Shown: positions 7,673-16,892, numbered from the stretch's first letter. The stretch: DNA of 24,592 bases from Bifidobacteriaceae bacterium (GCA_031255075.1 JAIRTF010000182.1:1-24592); one strand, 5' to 3'. The notes: generated by a model not told the origin, from the sequence alone. Translations and numbers: made by a program.

Positions 7673-8500
7673 ATGCCTGAAGATTTTGGTGCCTTTGACC
7701 GAGAGTTCACCTTCAACAGCTTTGACGGGACCGAGTTGTTCGCTCGAGTGACCACGCCGACCAAACCCCGAGCACTGGTCTTGATAGTGCACGGGCTGTG
7801 CGAACACCAGGGCCGCTACGACTATCTGGCCGCCCGCCTGGTGGCGCAGCAGTACGGGGTGTTCCGGTTTGACCACCGCGGCCACGGACGGTCCGCCGGG
7901 GAGCGCATCTACTACAACGACTTCAATGAGATTGTCGATGACGTGAACGCCGCCTTCGAAAAGGCGCAGGCTGAGGTGCCCGGCTTGCCAACGTTCGTGA
8001 TTGGCCATTCGATGGGCGGCTACGCGGCCACCTTGTTCGCCACCAAGTATCCGGACAAAGCCACCGGCATTATCCTGTCTGGCGCTCTGACCAGGTACAA
8101 CAACCCGCTGATGGGTCCGTTCCCAATGCCGGGAGACCCACACGACCGCTTCCCCAACGCACTGGGTGACGGCATCTGCTCCGACCCGAGCACCGCCACC
8201 AACTATGAACTGGACCCGCTGGTTGGCAAAGACATCTCAGTGGGGCTGTGCAACTCCTTCGAAGGCGGCTTGGCCTATCTCAAGGCCGAAGCGGCCAGGT
8301 TCACCGCCCCAGCGTTGATCATGCACGGCGCGGCAGATGGCCTGGTGGCGGAAGCCGATTCACGCGAGTTGTACGGAGAGATCGGCTCGGCAGACAAATC
8401 GTTGCGAATCTACGCCGGGCTGATGCATGAGATTTTCAACGAGTACCGCAAAGATGAGGTCATAGCGGACCTCCTGTTGTGGATCTCCCAGCACCTATGA
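7673..8500 (+). CDS. Alpha/beta hydrolase, lysophospholipase/monoacylglycerol lipase (PldB-like)
   Basis: AAGGAG upstream of ATG 7673. LIVHGLCEHQGRY, FDHRGHGRS, nucleophile elbow GHSMGG, HGAADGLV, HEIFNE. Confidence 0.92.
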   Translation: MPEDFGAFDREFTFNSFDGTELFARVTTPTKPRALVLIVHGLCEHQGRYDYLAARLVAQQYGVFRFDHRGHGRSAGERIYYNDFNEIVDDVNAAFEKAQAEVPGLPTFVIGHSMGGYAATLFATKYPDKATGIILSGALTRYNNPLMGPFPMPGDPHDRFPNALGDGICSDPSTATNYELDPLVGKDISVGLCNSFEGGLAYLKAEAARFTAPALIMHGAADGLVAEADSRELYGEIGSADKSLRIYAGLMHEIFNEYRKDEVIADLLLWISQHL

Positions 8501-8572
8501 CCGGCCGCTGACGGCCTCGACCCAAGGTAGAACGGCCCCAGAATCTAGCCCCACAGATTGAGACCTGAACGA

Positions 8573-9421
8573 ATGATGACCGAAACGAACCACGTCAAAG
8601 TTGCTGTGTGCCAAATGGAGCCATTGTTCGGCAACCTGGCCGTCAACACTCGCAACACAGTCGATGCCATTGGCCGGGCCGCCAGCGAAGGGGCAGACAT
8701 CTTGGTGCTGCCAGAGCTGTGCTCCACCGGCTACATGTTTGCCTCCCGCCAGGAGGCGTTCGCCCTGGCGGAAGAGGCCGGCACTGGCCCAGCTACCAGC
8801 GCCTGGTTGAACGCCGCCCAAGAGACTTCCACCATTGTGGTGGGCGGCTTTGCCGAACGGGCCGGCGATCTGCTGTACAACTCAGCTTTCATGGCGTTGC
8901 CCTCCGGGCAGTGGGCGTTGTACCGCAAGGCGCACCTGTGGGATGAAGAAGCCCTCTACTTTGAGCCCGGCAATTTGGGCTTCCCGGTGGTGGCCACCCA
9001 ATTGGGCCGGATTGGCATGTTGATCTGCTACGACGGCTGGTTCCCGGAGGCCTACCGGTCTTTGGCGGATGCCGGCGCGGATCTGGTCTGCGTCCCGACC
9101 AACTGGGTGCCATTGGAAGGCCATCCCCGCGATACCCAAGCTATGGCGGTCACGTTGACGCAGGCCGCCGCCCATGTCAACGGCATGGTGGTGGCAGCGG
9201 CTGACCGTTGCGGCGTGGAACGCGGCCAGGGGTTCATTGGCCAATCGGTGATTGTTTCCCACACCGGGGTGATCGCAGCCGGGCCGGCAGCCCGTGACCG
9301 GCCAGATTTCCTGACGGCCAGCGTCAGCTTGGCAGATGCCCGGCGGTCCCGCACTTGGGGCAAGTTCAACCATCCGCTGCGTGACCGCCGGTTCGACTCA
9401 TATGGCCGGAGAGCCTCCTGA
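8573..9421 (+). CDS. Nitrilase/carbon-nitrogen hydrolase family amidase
   Basis: Glu-Lys-Cys triad motifs LVLPELCSTGY, YRKAHLW, LICYDGWFPE. Start is ATG 8573 or 8576, or TTG 8558. Confidence 0.93.
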   Translation: MMTETNHVKVAVCQMEPLFGNLAVNTRNTVDAIGRAASEGADILVLPELCSTGYMFASRQEAFALAEEAGTGPATSAWLNAAQETSTIVVGGFAERAGDLLYNSAFMALPSGQWALYRKAHLWDEEALYFEPGNLGFPVVATQLGRIGMLICYDGWFPEAYRSLADAGADLVCVPTNWVPLEGHPRDTQAMAVTLTQAAAHVNGMVVAAADRCGVERGQGFIGQSVIVSHTGVIAAGPAARDRPDFLTASVSLADARRSRTWGKFNHPLRDRRFDSYGRRAS

Positions 9422-9423
9422 AC

Positions 9424-10644
9424 ATGCCCAGTCAGCCCAATCCGGGCACCCAAGCTGGCCCAGGGTCCGCCTTGCCGCAGCCCGCCACTGACCAGGGAAA
9501 CGATCAGCCAGACGCCAGCCCGGCGGCCGCCGCCGAATCAGCCCCCAGCCCTACCGGCACCGCCCCAACAGAGTTGATCGACCTGGCTGCCGCGTTGGTT
9601 CAGATCGACACGGCCGGCGGCCACGAAGATGACGCCCTGGAACTCTTGATCCCGCTCCTGGAGGCGGCCGGCCTGGAGGTGCGGCTACTCCCCTGGCAGC
9701 CAGGTCGCTCCAACCTGGTAGCCACCTGGCAAGGCGGCAGCGATCTGGTGCTATGTGGACACCTTGACACGGTTCCCCACCCCAGCGGCCAAACCGGCGC
9801 GCCGCCGCTGGGCCAAATCAAAGACGGCCGGTTGTACGGGCGCGGTGCGGCGGATATGAAGGGCGCCGTGGCGGCCATGGTCAGTGCGGCCTGCGCCGCC
9901 GCCCAGGGCGGAGCACCACCTTTCACACTGGCCCTGACCTCAGCGGAGGAAACCGGCTGCGAAGGCGCCAAAGCCCTGGCCGGCACCGGTACGCTCCCCG
10001 CCGACCCAATCCTGATAGTCGGCGAAGCCACCGCCAACCGAGTCACCCTGGGTCACAAAGGCGCCACCTGGTTGCGGGTCAACGCCACCGGGCAAGCCGC
10101 CCACGCCTCAGCGCCGGAGCTGGGACGCAACGCTATCAACTTGCTGATGCGCGGCATCGGCACCCTGGAAGAGGTACCGGCGTCAAACCATCTCCAACTT
10201 GGCCGTTCCACGTTTTCGGTGGGCACCATTGCCGGCGGTCGGCAGGTTAACTTGGTGCCGGACCAGGCCACCATGGACGTGGACATCCGCACCGTCCAGG
10301 TGGACGATGCCGCTCGCTACGCCGCCGCAGTTGAGCAGACAGTTGGCGACGGTTCGGTCAGCACGGTGTTGGAATTGCCCAGCGTTTGGACAGAGCCCAG
10401 TTCGGCTCTCAGCCGCGAGGTGTTCCGGATTGTCAACGCCAAGACTGGTGCGCCCGCCGCGCCGTTGGCCGCGGCCTTCTTCACCGACGCGTCTGTCTTG
10501 GCGGACCGCCACCAACCGCGGGTCTACATTCTGGGGCCGGGCCAGCCGGCGGCGCCGCACACCGCCGGTGAATCGTGTTCCATCCAGGCAATTGCCCAGG
10601 CCCAAGACTTGTACCTCAGTCTGATTCTGCACCTGGACCGTTGA
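9424..10644 (+). CDS. M20 family metallo-amidohydrolase (ArgE/DapE-like)
   Basis: CGHLDTVP, YGRGAADMKG, AEETG, VGEAT, GQAAHAS, FFTDAS, PHTAGE. Pro/Ala-rich N-terminal extension of about 48 aa. Confidence 0.92.
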   Translation: MPSQPNPGTQAGPGSALPQPATDQGNDQPDASPAAAAESAPSPTGTAPTELIDLAAALVQIDTAGGHEDDALELLIPLLEAAGLEVRLLPWQPGRSNLVATWQGGSDLVLCGHLDTVPHPSGQTGAPPLGQIKDGRLYGRGAADMKGAVAAMVSAACAAAQGGAPPFTLALTSAEETGCEGAKALAGTGTLPADPILIVGEATANRVTLGHKGATWLRVNATGQAAHASAPELGRNAINLLMRGIGTLEEVPASNHLQLGRSTFSVGTIAGGRQVNLVPDQATMDVDIRTVQVDDAARYAAAVEQTVGDGSVSTVLELPSVWTEPSSALSREVFRIVNAKTGAPAAPLAAAFFTDASVLADRHQPRVYILGPGQPAAPHTAGESCSIQAIAQAQDLYLSLILHLDR

Positions 10645-11392
10645 TCCGCGCGCCGGAGCGCGCGTTCAGAAGCGAGATCAGCTCCGCTGTTGAGGTCTGT
10701 TCAGTTGGCACATCCAGCACTTTGGAACCGTGAACAAACATGACAATCCGGTCACAGATGTCCACCACATGTTGAATGTTGTGGGAAATGAAAATGCATG
10801 AGATGCCCCGCTCTTTCAAGCCCGCCACCAAGCTGAGGACCCGGTCCACAGCCACCACACCCAGCGCGTTGGTCGGTTCATCCAGGATGACCACTTTGGC
10901 GTTGAAGTAGATGGCCCGGGAAATGGCAATGCCTTGACGTTCACCGCCGGAGCAGAACCGCGCCGCCTGGTCCACGTCCACTCTGAGCCGCAGTTCTTCC
11001 AGCATCTTCTTCGATTCGGCGCGCATCGCCGAATCATCCAGCACCTTCCAGAACGCCACCCGCCGGCGCAACTCCTTGCCCAGGAACAGATTCCTGGCCA
11101 CAGTCACATCATCAGCCAGAGCCTGTTCCTGGTAGACGGTCTCAATGCCCAGGGCGCGGGCCTGTTTCGGGGAGCGCAGCACCCGTTGGACGCCATCAAT
11201 CTCAATGGTGCCGGCGTCTGGCACCTCAAACCCGGACAGGATCTTGATCAGTGTGGATTTGCCGGCACCGTTGTCTCCGATCAATCCCAAGATTTCGCCT
11301 TTGGCCACGTCCAGGTCAACTCCTTGGAGGGCCCGGACCGATCCGAACGATTTGACAATCCCCTGGGCGCGCAGGGCCATGACCTGGTCCAT
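10616..11392 (-). CDS. Sugar ABC transporter ATP-binding protein (single-domain, CUT2 type)
   Basis: GDNGAGKST, VYQEQALAD, CSGGERQ, ILDEPTNALG, ISHN. Coupled to the permease stop (ATGA). Confidence 0.95.
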   Translation of the reverse strand: MDQVMALRAQGIVKSFGSVRALQGVDLDVAKGEILGLIGDNGAGKSTLIKILSGFEVPDAGTIEIDGVQRVLRSPKQARALGIETVYQEQALADDVTVARNLFLGKELRRRVAFWKVLDDSAMRAESKKMLEELRLRVDVDQAARFCSGGERQGIAISRAIYFNAKVVILDEPTNALGVVAVDRVLSLVAGLKERGISCIFISHNIQHVVDICDRIVMFVHGSKVLDVPTEQTSTAELISLLNARSGARINGPGAESD

Positions 11393-12462
11393 CAGCCGGC
11401 CCTGCTAGCTCTGGAGTTGAACTTGTGGAAAGCGAATGCGGTCACAATGATGGCCACCGCAGTCAAAACGTTGGTCCAGTATTCAACTACGCCCATCATG
11501 ACCAAGCCAATGGCAATCACCCGCAGAGTGAGCCCGCCTAGCAGGGGGCCCAGCACGTCACCGCGGCCGCCGGTCAGAGCTACCCCGCCAACGATGGCGC
11601 CGGCCAGCGCCGTCAACATGACCGAATCTCCCGATTGGGGCACCGCTTGATGCGAGTGGGCCACTTGGATCACCCCGGCTATGCCGCACAGCACCCCGGA
11701 CAACGTGAAAGCGAAGATCCGCACCCGGTTGGTTGGAACACCCATCATGCGGGCGGCTTTGGCGTTTGAACCCACGGCTTGCAGCCAGCCGCCGATGGCC
11801 GTCTTGTGGCGTACAAAAATCAACACCAAGACGATCCCCACCAGCCATAACACTTGCACCGGCAGGCCGCCTAGGCGCCCGGCGATGGCCGTGAAGTAGG
11901 CTTCGGAGCCGTCTTGGGGGTAGACCGAGATGGTGCCCCCACCCAACGCCACCAACATCAACCCGCGAAAAGCCCACATGGTGCCCAACGTGACAATGAA
12001 TGAGGTCACCCCGGTGCCCACCACCAGCAAACCGTTGACCAGGCCCATCACCGCGCCGCCGGCCACCGCGCCCAGAATGCACCAACCCAGCGGCAGGCCG
12101 TTCTTGAACAGCGCCCCCAGGATCACGCTGGCCACCACATACATGGACCCAACCGACAGGTCCATCTCTCCGACCAGCAGCACAAACCCCATAGCAATGG
12201 TGATCAGCAGAATCTCCGGACCGAAGGTAGCCAGCACATTCAAGGAGGCCGGCTTCAGCAGCAGACCTTTGGTGGTGATGGTGAACAGCACCGTAACCGC
12301 CAACAACAGCAGAGCGGCGATGGCGGTGTTGGACCCAGCCAAGCCCCGCAGCCGGTCCACCCAAGACTTAGGCGCACGCTTGGCGGCCGCCTGCCGGCTG
12401 GCCGCCGCCGGCTCCGGGCCAGGCGTGGAGGCCTGGTCTGGGGCTGGCGGCTGGTGATTCAA
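11392..12462 (-). CDS. Sugar ABC transporter permease (RbsC-like)
   Basis: GEMDLSVGS, NGLLVVGTGVTSFIVTLG, AVGSNAKAARMMGV, GGVALTGGRG. TTG start at 12462 with GGAGG RBS, overlapping the PfkB stop. Confidence 0.95.
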   Translation of the reverse strand: MNHQPPAPDQASTPGPEPAAASRQAAAKRAPKSWVDRLRGLAGSNTAIAALLLLAVTVLFTITTKGLLLKPASLNVLATFGPEILLITIAMGFVLLVGEMDLSVGSMYVVASVILGALFKNGLPLGWCILGAVAGGAVMGLVNGLLVVGTGVTSFIVTLGTMWAFRGLMLVALGGGTISVYPQDGSEAYFTAIAGRLGGLPVQVLWLVGIVLVLIFVRHKTAIGGWLQAVGSNAKAARMMGVPTNRVRIFAFTLSGVLCGIAGVIQVAHSHQAVPQSGDSVMLTALAGAIVGGVALTGGRGDVLGPLLGGLTLRVIAIGLVMMGVVEYWTNVLTAVAIIVTAFAFHKFNSRASRAG

Positions 12463-13499
12463 CTGACGTCCTCCGCTTGGGCTTCCAGACCAGCAGCCAC
12501 CTCTTCGATAGCGGACCGGGTCGGCAAAGGCGCACCAGCCGGGCGGGAGATAGCCAAACCGGCGGCCGCCGCCGCAAAAGCGGCCCGGTGAACCATGGAA
12601 CCTTCGGCAGCCAACCAAGCCCCGCCGAACAGATCACCGGCACCGGTGGTGTCCCGCGGAGAAACTGCCGGCGCCGGCACGTGGGCCACTCCGCTGTCCG
12701 CTGATGAACCGACGTAGACGCCATCGGCGCCGTTCTTCAACACCACCGAGGCGCTGCCCAGGTCCAACAACCGGCGCACCAACTGCGCTGGCGGTGCTTG
12801 GCCAACCATCAAAGCGGCATCGCGCGCGTTGGGCATCAAGGCGTGAACAAACCGGGCAGCGGCCACCAGTTCCCGCAGGTCGCAGCTGGGAGGCTCAGCT
12901 GAGGGTTTCCAATTCGGGTCCAGCAGCACAGTCATGCCGCGCTCCACAGCCATCTGCTCTATCAGGGCCGCAGCCGGAGCCTTGGCCAAATCCGGGTGAG
13001 CAAACTGCCACAACCAGGAATAGATGTAAACCGATGAACCATCAGGCACGGCGGCCAGCTGGGCCGCAAAATCAGCCAGTTCGCGGCGCCAAGCCTCCGG
13101 GTAGGTGGCCACCATGGTGGATCCCTGGGACACGTCATCTGCTACCGAAACGCAGACCATGTGATCGCCTTGATAGCGGTGAACCAAAGAGGTGCCGTGG
13201 CCCAGGGCGCGCAGGCTGGTCAGGGTGAATTCGCCGAACAGGTCATCCCCTACCCAATCGAGGTACTCCACCGGGCGGCCCAAACTGTGGGCCATGGCAC
13301 CGGTGTAGGCGCCCGCGCCGGGGCGGACCTCTTGAGAGTAGGTCGGCAACAGTGATCCCGCCGATAGCTGCTCACCCGGCGCCGGGAAGACCACCACATC
13401 TGGGTGCAGAAAGGCGTTGAAGATGTAAACCGGCCGGCTGGAGGGATAATCCGCCGGGCAGGCAGGCCCACGCCCTTGAGCGGCGCCGCCGCCAGTCAC
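12459..13499 (-). CDS. PfkB/ribokinase-family carbohydrate kinase (divergent)
   Basis: WVGDDLFGEF, VVLKNGADG, DTTGAGDLF anion-hole signature. GTG 13499 overlaps the ARH stop (GTGA). Confidence 0.88.
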   Translation of the reverse strand: MTGGGAAQGRGPACPADYPSSRPVYIFNAFLHPDVVVFPAPGEQLSAGSLLPTYSQEVRPGAGAYTGAMAHSLGRPVEYLDWVGDDLFGEFTLTSLRALGHGTSLVHRYQGDHMVCVSVADDVSQGSTMVATYPEAWRRELADFAAQLAAVPDGSSVYIYSWLWQFAHPDLAKAPAAALIEQMAVERGMTVLLDPNWKPSAEPPSCDLRELVAAARFVHALMPNARDAALMVGQAPPAQLVRRLLDLGSASVVLKNGADGVYVGSSADSGVAHVPAPAVSPRDTTGAGDLFGGAWLAAEGSMVHRAAFAAAAAGLAISRPAGAPLPTRSAIEEVAAGLEAQAEDVS

Positions 13500-14608
13500 A
13501 AGCCCGGCTCCGGCGCACAATCCGCGGCGGTGGCCTCTGGCCCGTCCCCGCCGGCGCGGTCAGCTGCGGCGGCAGCGGCCCGCCGGCCGATCTGCCGAAT
13601 GTCAAGGCCGTTGACCCGTTCCAGGGTGGCCACCATGTCCGCGTCGAGCGCGTCAATGCCGCCCATGGTTCCGGCGATAGCCCCGGCGATAGCCGCCACT
13701 GTGTCCGAATCGCCACCCAGGTTCACAATCACCCGGATCAACTCCATCGGATCATCGGGAATGACGGCCACCGCGCCCACGGCCATCGGCACCGCTTCGG
13801 TGATCGGCAACCCTGGGCCGATCAACGCGTTCAACCAGCCGATGCGCTCCTCCCGGCTGCCCTTGGCGGCGGCCACGTCCAATGCCAAAGCCAACCGCGA
13901 AGCCATATCCGGGGCCGGCACTTCGAAAGCCTCAGCTAGACCGATGCGGCGGCCCAGACGCGCGGCATCGACCGAGGCTTCAAGGACCTCACCCAAGTTG
14001 CCGCCGGCGGCCGCCACCGCCACCGAGCCGGCCACCGCAGCGGCCCCGGAAAAGGCCACATCAGTGTTGTGAGTCGGGATGCAAATTGAGCAAGCCGCGC
14101 GGACGGCGGCGTTCAGATCGCCGGGATTGGCCCAACCGGCAGGGGCCACTTTCATGGCCGCACCATTGGTGATGCGCAAATCATTGGACATCGGCTGGGG
14201 GGCGCCGGCTTGTTGGGGGACCACCCCCTCCCGCAGAGCGGAAATCGCCCTACGGGAGGAGGGGCCTGCAAATCTGGAGAACACTTCCGTGTCAACGGCC
14301 CAGTCCAAAAGGACCCGCGCTGCGACGTCTGCGCCAAGGTTACCCCCCCTTTGGAGCAGCGTTTCAAGCAACGCAATTGTTAGGAGGCCGTCGTCAGTAA
14401 GCTGCCCTGGCTCACGTCCTTCAGCGAACGTTCCCCGGCCGGGAGCTACCAACCCTTCCACCCGTCCATAGCGATCCCGTATCTCGCGAGCGGTGAGCAT
14501 CTCGGTGGCCGCACCCATGGCATCGCCAAGAAGTGAGGCCGCCAGACCGCCAGATATGAGGTCCGCCGTTCGGTCAGGTGAATCCAGATTCACATCTTCA
14601 ATCCTCAT
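13496..14608 (-). CDS. ADP-ribosylglycohydrolase family protein (DraG/YegU-like)
   Basis: LLGDAMGAATE, TDDG, TNGAAMKVAP, PTHN, GGDSDTVAAIAGAIAG. Start is ATG 14608 or TTG 14629. Confidence 0.93.
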   Translation of the reverse strand: MRIEDVNLDSPDRTADLISGGLAASLLGDAMGAATEMLTAREIRDRYGRVEGLVAPGRGTFAEGREPGQLTDDGLLTIALLETLLQRGGNLGADVAARVLLDWAVDTEVFSRFAGPSSRRAISALREGVVPQQAGAPQPMSNDLRITNGAAMKVAPAGWANPGDLNAAVRAACSICIPTHNTDVAFSGAAAVAGSVAVAAAGGNLGEVLEASVDAARLGRRIGLAEAFEVPAPDMASRLALALDVAAAKGSREERIGWLNALIGPGLPITEAVPMAVGAVAVIPDDPMELIRVIVNLGGDSDTVAAIAGAIAGTMGGIDALDADMVATLERVNGLDIRQIGRRAAAAAADRAGGDGPEATAADCAPEPGL

Positions 14609-14632
14609 TTCGTTGTTTCCAACCCTCAAACG

Positions 14633-15628
14633 TTATCGGAGTTCCGCCGGAACGGTCTCGGTGATGTTGCCCTTTTCAACTATCACCAAAGGCACCGCTG
14701 TGACCGGCGGTTTTGAACCGTTCTTGATCATGTCCACCACTGATTGGACTGCGAAGAATGACGAGTCTTTGAGCTCCAAATTGACGCCCGCCGGCATGTA
14801 GCCGCCCATCAAGCCGTTGGAGGATGCCGGGGAGACAACCTGCCCAAACAGTGGCGGTTTGCCTGGTTCCAGACCACCTTGGGTCATGGCCGTGTTGGCC
14901 GCCCCGATGGCTATAGCTCCGGAGGTCGCCAGCGCCGCCACGTCCGGGTGGGACGTCAAGTAAGACAAGATGGTCGATGCCGCAGCCGTCGGGTCGGAGC
15001 CCACGTCCAGTACCACTACTTCCACAGTGATGCCGTTTTGGGCGGCGACTTCCTTGTACCGGGCGACGGCGTCCGTGATGTAGGTGCCGTCTGGCGCTTC
15101 AGCGGGCCAGACCACAGTGGAACCGTCTTGGAGGTATCCCAGGGAGACTTCGGCCAGTTTGCCGCCGACGTCTGCCCAGTCGGTGGTGGCTTGGCCCATC
15201 TTGGCCAAGTATTCGGATTCGATTTCTGGAACGCCCAGCAGCGCGTAGACCACCACACCTTGGTCGATGGCTTTCTTGATGGCGGCGTTGGCGGTGGTCG
15301 CATCGAAGAACGGGGCAATGATGGCATTGGCGCCGCGGGCGATTTCTTCTTCGATCATGCGGGCTTGGGCGGCGAAGTCGCCTTCGGCGTAGCGGTCCAC
15401 GAATTCGGCGCCCAGCCGTTCGGCTTCTTCAGCCATTCGGGCGGCCCGGTAGCTCCAGATGACATCAGTCGAAGACGATTCGCCAATGAATGCGATCTTG
15501 ATGGAGTCACCTGGGCCGGAGCCGCCGTTGTTGTTGTCTCCTGATTCGGCGCAGCCGGCCAGGCCGGCTATGGCCAGCGCGGCTGCCGCTGTCAGGGCCG
15601 CTACCTTTCGGTTTCGGTTGTGTCGCAT
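14633..15628 (-). CDS. Sugar ABC transporter substrate-binding lipoprotein (Peripla_BP_4/RbsB-like)
   Basis: Basic N-terminus, hydrophobic stretch and lipobox LAGC. IEEEIARGANAII and IKKAIDQGVVV fit the type I periplasmic-binding fold. Confidence 0.9.
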   Translation of the reverse strand: MRHNRNRKVAALTAAAALAIAGLAGCAESGDNNNGGSGPGDSIKIAFIGESSSTDVIWSYRAARMAEEAERLGAEFVDRYAEGDFAAQARMIEEEIARGANAIIAPFFDATTANAAIKKAIDQGVVVYALLGVPEIESEYLAKMGQATTDWADVGGKLAEVSLGYLQDGSTVVWPAEAPDGTYITDAVARYKEVAAQNGITVEVVVLDVGSDPTAAASTILSYLTSHPDVAALATSGAIAIGAANTAMTQGGLEPGKPPLFGQVVSPASSNGLMGGYMPAGVNLELKDSSFFAVQSVVDMIKNGSKPPVTAVPLVIVEKGNITETVPAELR

Positions 15629-15681
15629 GTGGTACCTCTTGTGTTCTGTGCGGCCGGCGCCTGTCCCGCGCCGGCAGTTGG

Positions 15682-16527
15682 TCAGGTGAAAGTTGACTGC
15701 AGGTGAAGGGCCACGGAGTAGCCTTCGGCGCAGATCCAGTAGGTGGCGTATTCAATTGCTTGATCGTCTTTGCCGTAGGCCGTGCGTTCGCGGATCAACA
15801 CTGGGCAGCCCGCCGGGCGTCCCAACAGCGCGCCTTGGGCTGTGGTCAACAGCCCGGCCCTGATCTCCTCATGGGCCCAGCTAGGTGCAGCGCCGCGCTC
15901 AGTCAGGTAGGTGTACAACGATGGCGCCGCCTCCAGTTGGCCTGTCTCTAGCGTTATGGCCGGTGACAGGTAATGCTCAAACAGGACCGATGGCGTGCCG
16001 TCCACCTCGAACACCCGCATCAGGTGGACCGCCGGTTCGCTGGCTGCCAGGCCAAGAGCTTGGACCGCCGCCGGTGGCGGTTCAACCAGTTTTGGTGTGC
16101 CGATCACCTTGACACCGACTTGGTGGCCGCGTTCACGCAGTTCGCTGCCCAGACCAATCATTCTGGTGGCGGCCAGGATCTCTTGCCCGCGGACAACTGA
16201 TCCCCGGCCTTGGTGTCGCCTGATCAGCCCAGCTTGTTCAAGTTCTTTCAGTGCCCGGCGGACCGGCGTCTGGGACATGCCGTATTCGCGTTGCAGGTCG
16301 GCTTCGGATGGCAGCCACTCCCCGACTGCGAATTCGCCGGAACGGATCCGTCGCAGCAGATCGGAACGCAGGGCCGAATACAGCGGACCGCCGGTGTTGG
16401 CAATGACGGCTCGGCCTGCGGCGGCGGAGTTCGCTGTGGTCTGGGCGCTGGCCCGGCTGTTGCCGCGAACGCCACGGACGGGCCGGATTGATACTGCTTT
16501 GCCAGCCACAACTCTTGCTGGAACCAC
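15682..16527 (-). CDS. GntR family regulator, HutC/UTRA subfamily
   Basis: wHTH PLYSALRSDLLRRIRSGEFAVGEWLPSEADLQREYGMSQTPVRRALKELEQAGLIRRHQGRGSVV plus a UTRA-type C-terminus. GTG 16527 has AAGGAGG; a leaderless ATG 16614 is the alternative. Confidence 0.92.
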   Translation of the reverse strand: MVPARVVAGKAVSIRPVRGVRGNSRASAQTTANSAAAGRAVIANTGGPLYSALRSDLLRRIRSGEFAVGEWLPSEADLQREYGMSQTPVRRALKELEQAGLIRRHQGRGSVVRGQEILAATRMIGLGSELRERGHQVGVKVIGTPKLVEPPPAAVQALGLAASEPAVHLMRVFEVDGTPSVLFEHYLSPAITLETGQLEAAPSLYTYLTERGAAPSWAHEEIRAGLLTTAQGALLGRPAGCPVLIRERTAYGKDDQAIEYATYWICAEGYSVALHLQSTFT

Positions 16528-16613
16528 CCAGGACCTCCTTCGATTTGCCTGCGGCACCGCTGCCGCATCCGCACTTGGACCTGAGGTTCGCCACGCTGCC
16601 GAACCACCTTCCA

Positions 16614-16631
16614 TACTTAGTACACTAAGTA
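16614..16631. promoter_or_regulatory. Palindrome TACTTAG-TACA-CTAAGTA, candidate GntR operator
   Basis: AT-rich perfect 7-bp inverted repeat in GC-rich DNA, directly upstream of the GntR gene, with TTGACG on the minus strand at 16645-16640. Confidence 0.6.
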
Positions 16632-16745
16632 CCCTGGCCCGTCAAGACCGGCCCGGCCGGCCAGGGATGCGAGGCTCTGCCAGCGGTGGCAGTTAGCCGC
16701 GAAGGCACCGGGAATTGGGCGGTTTCCGGTGGCTCTTTCCGGGGT

Positions 16746-16774
16746 GGAATAGACAGCTGGCTGAGGCTGTTGAA
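16746..16774 (+). promoter_or_regulatory. ECF-sigma-type promoter GGAAT-N18-GTTGAA (copy 1)
   Basis: GGAAT 16746-16750, 18-nt spacer, GTTGAA 16769-16774. The same arrangement recurs upstream of the second paralog. Confidence 0.65.
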
Positions 16775-16892
16775 TCCGAGCACGTCCTGGGAAACCAGGC
16801 TGGGAACGTTTGGTGGCGAATGCCGCGACGGGCAAGGCAGGCGTTCCTAGGCAGACCCGCGCGGCTAGCTACAAGGAGATGAGCTTCTCAAG

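Noticed and set aside
7347-7680. ORFs spanning the 13-bp repeat (PPKPTTQA or GWxAWV repeats); CRISPR interpretation
   Set aside because: A 13-nt period is not codon-phased and the frames look like artefacts. No spacers or cas genes.
7385-16696. Long opposite-strand or alternate-frame ORFs (e.g. 7385-8143, 10934-11650, 11558-12364, 13404-14072, 14879-15544, 15995-16696)
   Set aside because: High-GC shadow frames overlapping genes with clear family motifs.
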